From Anthoceros angustus (taxonomy: Eukaryota > Plantae > Anthocerotophyta), in the NCBI GenBank assembly GCA_010909165.1, contig MU008159.1:124001-188000 (forward strand): a stretch of 64,000 nucleotides of DNA. The letters run 5' to 3'. The position numbers and the translations under genes are program-made. The notes under the pieces are model-generated. The model did no database searches, had not been told where the DNA came from, and saw nothing but the letters and a program-made list of their open reading frames with translations. Below are positions 58,930 through 64,000 of the stretch, one piece after another (within the stretch, counting starts at the first letter, position 1; every line of letters starts with the position of its first letter).

Positions 58930-61900
58930 ACTATCATTATCCAGGGCTTCCTTCCACTGCTTCGCTTTTAGCTCTTCCAAGGTTTCTGCGGCTCATCAGT
59001 ATCTGCGAACATAGCCTCTTCGTGCTTGCATGCACTCATGGACTCCAAAATTTTCTGCGAAGGTTTCCATCGCTTTGTTGATCTCTCGATCAGGGTCGAT
59101 GGCTCCTCTTGGACTCTTCGATCTTGCTCCTCTTCATCATCCTCAATATCCAAGGCTTTTTCACCTCCTATGTCACCTTGTGGTAGAGGTTGCTCATGCT
59201 CAGGAACAGGTTGAGCATGCTCAAGAGTAGGTTGCTCAAGAACCGAGTCTTGTGCTTCTTCGCGCTCCTTCAATTCCTTGATGACAACTTGCGTTGCTCT
59301 CACTCTTTTGTTAGGTTCCACAACCTCATGAAAAACAACATCCCTACTAAAGATGACTTTCTTAGTTGTAGGGTCGTATAATCTATACCCCTTTACCTTA
59401 TCGGAGTACGCAAGCATGATGCACTGGATGCCTTTAAGATCCCACTGGGTTCGGTTCTGCTTTGGAACATGAGCATAAACCTCAGAACCAAAGGACCTAA
59501 AATGACTCACGTCGGGTTTGACACTAGACCATGCCTCCTCGGGGTCATTCCAGGTACAGCCTTGGTTGGAACTCTATTCAAAACATAAGTTATAACAGTA
59601 ACAGCCTCTCCCCAAAAACATACCTCCAACCCACTTGGATGGAGCATGCACTTGGCTGCCTCTACTAGGCTTCTTAGTTTGCGCTCCGCCACTCCATTTT
59701 GCTCCGGTGTATGAGGAATCGTTAGTTGCCTCCGAATGCCATGCTCCTTGCAAAAGCTTTTGAATTGAGAAGAAATGTATTCTCCTCCATTGTCACCCCT
59801 AAGAGTCTTGAGACATTCTCCACTTTCGTTCTCCATCAAGACCTTCCACACCTTGAATGTCATGAACACCTTGAACTTCTCTTTGAAAAGATATGTCCAA
59901 CTCCTCCTTGTGAAGTCATCCACAAATACTAGAATATAGCGGGCTCCTCCATGGGAAGGGTTCTTCATTGGTCCACACATATCGGTGTGTACAAGCTCCA
60001 ACGCCTTTTGTTGCTCGACGCGCTCCAATTCTTGGGAACTTGGTTGTGAAGCTTTCCCATCATGCACCTTTGGCATAATCGCGGTTCACCAATATCTTTC
60101 AAATCCAAGCTAGCCACCATTTGTTGATTCTTCATCATCTTGATGTTGTCCACTCCAGCCCCAAGCGTTGATGCCACAAATCTGACCCAATGCTTTTAGG
60201 CGAGCTTGACACAAATGTGCAAGCTTGTTGATCACCTAAGCACACAACTTGTAGAGATTGCCTTCCAAACACCTTGAACTTCTCTTTGAAAAGATATGTC
60301 CAACTCCTCCTTGTGAAGTCATCCACAAATACTAGAATATAGCGGGCTCCTCCATGGGAAGGGTTCTTCATTGGTCCACACATATCGGTGTGTACGGGCT
60401 CCGACGCTTTTGTTGCTCGACGCGCTCCAATTCTTGGGAACTTGGTTCGGTAAAGCTTTCCCATCATGCACCTTTGGCATAATCGCGGTTCACCAATCTC
60501 CTTCAAATCCAAGCTAGCCACTATTTGTTGATTCTTCATCATCTTGATGTTGTCCACTCCAGTGCGCCCCAAGCGTTGATGCCACAAATCTACTGACCCA
60601 ATGCTTTTAGACGAGCTTAACACAAATGTGCAAGCTTGTTGATCACCTACGGAAGCACACAACTTGTAGAGATTGCCTTTCCAAATACCTTGAGCTATCA
60701 CCTTGACATTAGGTGATTCTGATTGCTCGAGTTGGATGCGACATCCCCTCGAGTTGAACACAATCTCATTCCTAGGGTCAGTGATTCTTGCTACTTAAAG
60801 AATTTTCTTCGCAAGACCATCCTTGATTGTACCTTTGGATGGTCCTCCATGGAGTTGAACCTTGATCACACCTCTTCCTTTGATCTCGTGTGACCTATTG
60901 TCTCCAAGCGCCACCTTATGCCCCGTCAGCATTTCTTCATAGCTTGAGAACCAAAGCCAATTATAGGTGAAGTGTTGAGACGCTCTAGAGTCGAGGTACA
61001 AAATCTCATCCTTCTTTGATGCCTGTTGTCCTACCCTTTCTATGGTTAAGACAGCAAAGAGATGTTCTCCTCCTCACTCACTTGATTGGCTTGTGACTCC
61101 CTTTCCCTTCTACTTCAAGTCAGCCAACCTTGTCCTACAATCCTTGGCATAGTGGCTAGGCTTTTTACAATAATGGCAAGTACCCCACACCTTTTTCTTC
61201 ACATCTTTCTCCTTCGATCCTTCTCACTCACTTGATTGGCTTGTGACTCCTTTCCTTCTTCTTCAAGTCACCCAACCTTGTCCTACAATCCTTGGCATAG
61301 TGATTAGGCTTTTGCAATAATGGCAAGTACCCCACACCTTTTCTTCACATCTTTCTCCTTCGATCCTTCTTGAGTTGGCTTGTGAAGTCTTCCCACGTTC
61401 TCTCTTTGAAAAGATATGTCCAACTCCTCCTTGTGAAGTCATCCACAAATACTAGAATATAGCGGGCTCCTCCATGGGAAGGGTTCTTCATTGGTCCACA
61501 CATATCGGTGTGTACAAGCTCCAACGCCTTTTGTTGCTCGACGCTCCAATCCTTGGGAACTTGGTTGGTGAAGCTTTCCCATCATGCACCTTTGGCATAA
61601 TCGCGGTTCACCAATCTCCTTCAAATCCAAGCTAGCCACTATTTGTTGATTCTTCATCATCTTGATGTTGTCCACTCCAGTCCTTGATGCCACAATCTCG
61701 ACCCAATGCTTTTAGGCGAAACACAAATGTGCAAGCTTGTTGATCACCTCTGAGCACACAACTTGTAGAGATTGCCTTCCAAATACCTTGAGCTATCACC
61801 TTGACATTAGGTGATTACGATTGCTCGAGTTGGATCGACATCCTCGAGTTGAACACAATCTCATTCCTAGGGTCGATGATTCTTGCTACTTAAAGAATTT

Positions 61901-63180
61901 TCTTAAGACCATCCTTGATTGTACCTTTGGATGGTCCTCCATGGAGTTGAACCTTGATCACACCTCTTCCTTTGATCTCGTGTGACCTATTGTCTCCAAG
62001 CGCCACCTTATGCCCCGTGATTTCTTCATAGCTTGAGAACCAAAGCCAATTATAGGTGAAGTGTTGAGACGCTCTAGAGTCGAGGTACAAAATCTCATCC
62101 TTCTTTGATGCCTGTTGTCCTACCCTTTCTATGGTTAAGACAGCAAAGAGATGTTCTCCTCCTCACTCACTTGATTGGCTTGTGACTCCCTTTCCCTTCT
62201 ACTTCAAGTCAGCCAACCTTGTCCTACAATCCTTGGCATAGTGGCTAGGCTTTTTACAATAATGGCAAGTACCCCACACCTTTTTCTTCACATCTTTCTC
62301 CTTCGATCCTTCTCCGGTATTGGCTTGTGAAGTCTTCCCACGTGTCGTTCTCTTCTTTGAGAAGAGCATCGAGTCTCCATTCTCTTCTTTCTTGAAGCAA
62401 TTCTCCTCCTCCTCTTGTAGGAGCAACCCAACCACGTCATCCAACGTTGGTGGTTTGTCGCTCAGACGCATCGCTACTGTCGTTCTAAAGGCCAACACAA
62501 ATTGCTTGTATGCGGATGGTAGGCTACTCAACAACACCACGATAACCTTTTTTTCAGAAGGTTTGACGTCCGCCGCCTTCATTTGATCCACCAAGTTCTT
62601 CAACTTGTTGACGTGTTATTGAATGGTGTCACCCTCAACCGTCATGAAGTTCGCAAATTGTTGTTCTTCGATGAGAAGCATCTTCATCTTCAACTTCCAC
62701 AATATGAAGATTGTGCATCCAAACTTCTCCACTAGAAGTGTCTCCAGGCTTGTTGACGTCATGCCTAGCTTCCCTTCAATTGATCGTTAAGATTAGAATT
62801 GAGCACCTCACTCAGATGTACTACAAGGACTACTACCAAGACCTTCTCAATTGCACACAAGTTCTCACAAGCACAAGGCTAAGAGCTATGCATATATACA
62901 CAAGCTCTCCACAAGCTCAAGGTTAAGAACTATGCAATTGCAAACAAGTTCTCACAAGCACAAGGCTAAGAGCTATGCATATATACACAAGCTCTCCACA
63001 AGCTCAAGGTTAAGAACTATGCAATTGCAAACAAGTTCTCACAAGCACAAGGCTAAGAGCTATGCATATATACACAAGCTCTCCCAAGCTCAAGGTTAAG
63101 AACTATGCAATTGCAAACAAGTTCTCACAAGCACAAGGCTAAGAACTAGGCAATAGGCCTTGACTCAAGTACCCAACTAG
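58930..63180 (-). mobile_element. Ty1/copia LTR retrotransposon truncated at the start of RT, with internally duplicated blocks
   Basis: Gag with CHYCKKPSHYAKDC zinc knuckle (62199-62603); protease YLDSRASQHFT; GAG-pre-integrase DLWHQRLG; integrase LVHTDMCGP, FVDDFTR and EQNGVAER; RSFGSEVYAHVPK...KGYRLYDP; then DEP...QWKEAL followed by loss of homology. Confidence 0.92.
62855..63145. repeat. 87-bp tandem repeat x~3.3 in the copia 5' leader/LTR region
   Basis: CAAGTTCTCACAAGCACAAGGCTAAGAGCTATGCATATATACACAAGCTC repeated; 29-aa period visible in the ORF track. Confidence 0.9.
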
Positions 63181-63471
63181 CAGTGCAGGATGAAATGTGG
63201 AGGCCAACAATGTCTGCTAGTTTCTTCTTTTGCTCACACTGCTTTTGACCTACAAGGGAAGGCCATTGTCATGAATGCTAGAAGTGTAAGATGTCATTGT
63301 GTCAACTCTGTGTTGTCGAACTTGCTGCTCACGGCTTTCTTCCTGCTTTGCTGCTCTGCTTGCTGTCATCCATTGGTATAGGTTAGCCGCAGCGAAGCGA
63401 GGTCGGGGATGTAGCATCCTAGTAGTAGGAAGTTGCAACCAAAAAGGTCTCTAATCCTGCAGCTATAGAAA

Positions 63472-63692
63472 TGAATACATAACCTGCGATGGTATCTCTT
63501 CCCAAGGTGATATGAATACATAACCTGCTATGGTATCTCTTCCCAAGGTGATATGAATACATAACCTGAGATGGTATCTCTTCCCAAGGTGATATGAATA
63601 CATAACCTGCGATGGTATCTCTTCCCAAGGTGATATGAATACATAACCTGCGATGGTATCTAGGCAACGTATTCATATGACCTTGGGAAGAG
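63472..63692. repeat. 41-bp tandem repeat x~4.5 closed by an inverted 24-bp copy (hairpin)
   Basis: AACCTGCGATGG at 63481, 63604 and 63645, with variants at 63522 and 63563. CTCTTCCCAAGGTGATATGAATAC (63619-63642) pairs with GTATTCATATGACCTTGGGAAGAG (63669-63692) with one mismatch. Confidence 0.9.
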
Positions 63693-64000
63693 TTCGTCTC
63701 TCTGTGTTTCAATAATACGATGTATAACATAGGGGAATCAGAACCCTTGCTGAAGATTTGAACCCTTGCTCAAGATTTGAACCTTTGCTGAAGATTTCTC
63801 CCCCGGGTTTGTTTTGATTTATTTTCAAAATACCAAATTAAAAAAAAGGTCCTGTCAATAATCTCGGTGACAGACGGTCTTGGCTGTGATGGATCTGCTG
63901 AGCCAGGCCTCAGTGGTTGGATGTAGAGGCGTTCGTCCGTCACCTCTGTTCACCGAGACCAGTACTGTTTGCCTACCAGCTTCTTCACCAGGCAGGGCAG

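Overview
Compact land-plant nuclear region, probably hornwort-like. This is an inference from the ~80-140 bp introns, a TOO MANY MOUTHS ortholog, and both WW- and KP-type PPR editing factors. The window holds four very long PLS-class PPR RNA-editing genes. Three end in a WW-type PG box and lack the deaminase. The fourth has a DYW:KP domain ending in GRP, the class linked to U-to-C editing. Main observation: two of these PPR genes carry N-terminal copies of the PDF motif, the ssDNA-binding module of plant organellar OSB proteins (one copy in the 28.8-33.0 kb gene, three tandem copies in the 50.7-54.4 kb gene). A second observation is that the 1.8 kb 26/27-bp satellite at 8.6-10.5 kb appears to be the coding repeat of a secreted Pro/Ser/Thr-rich glycoprotein gene. 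Other genes are a BASS5/6-like transporter, a PII-2-like LRR receptor-like protein, mitochondrial ClpP2, a purple acid phosphatase, TMM, an orphan ORF and tRNA-Ile(AAU). There is also an RT-less Ty1/copia element and other TE remnants. Many near-identical tandem duplications with single-base indels look like long-read assembly stutter, so frameshifts here should not be read as pseudogenisation without checking the reads.
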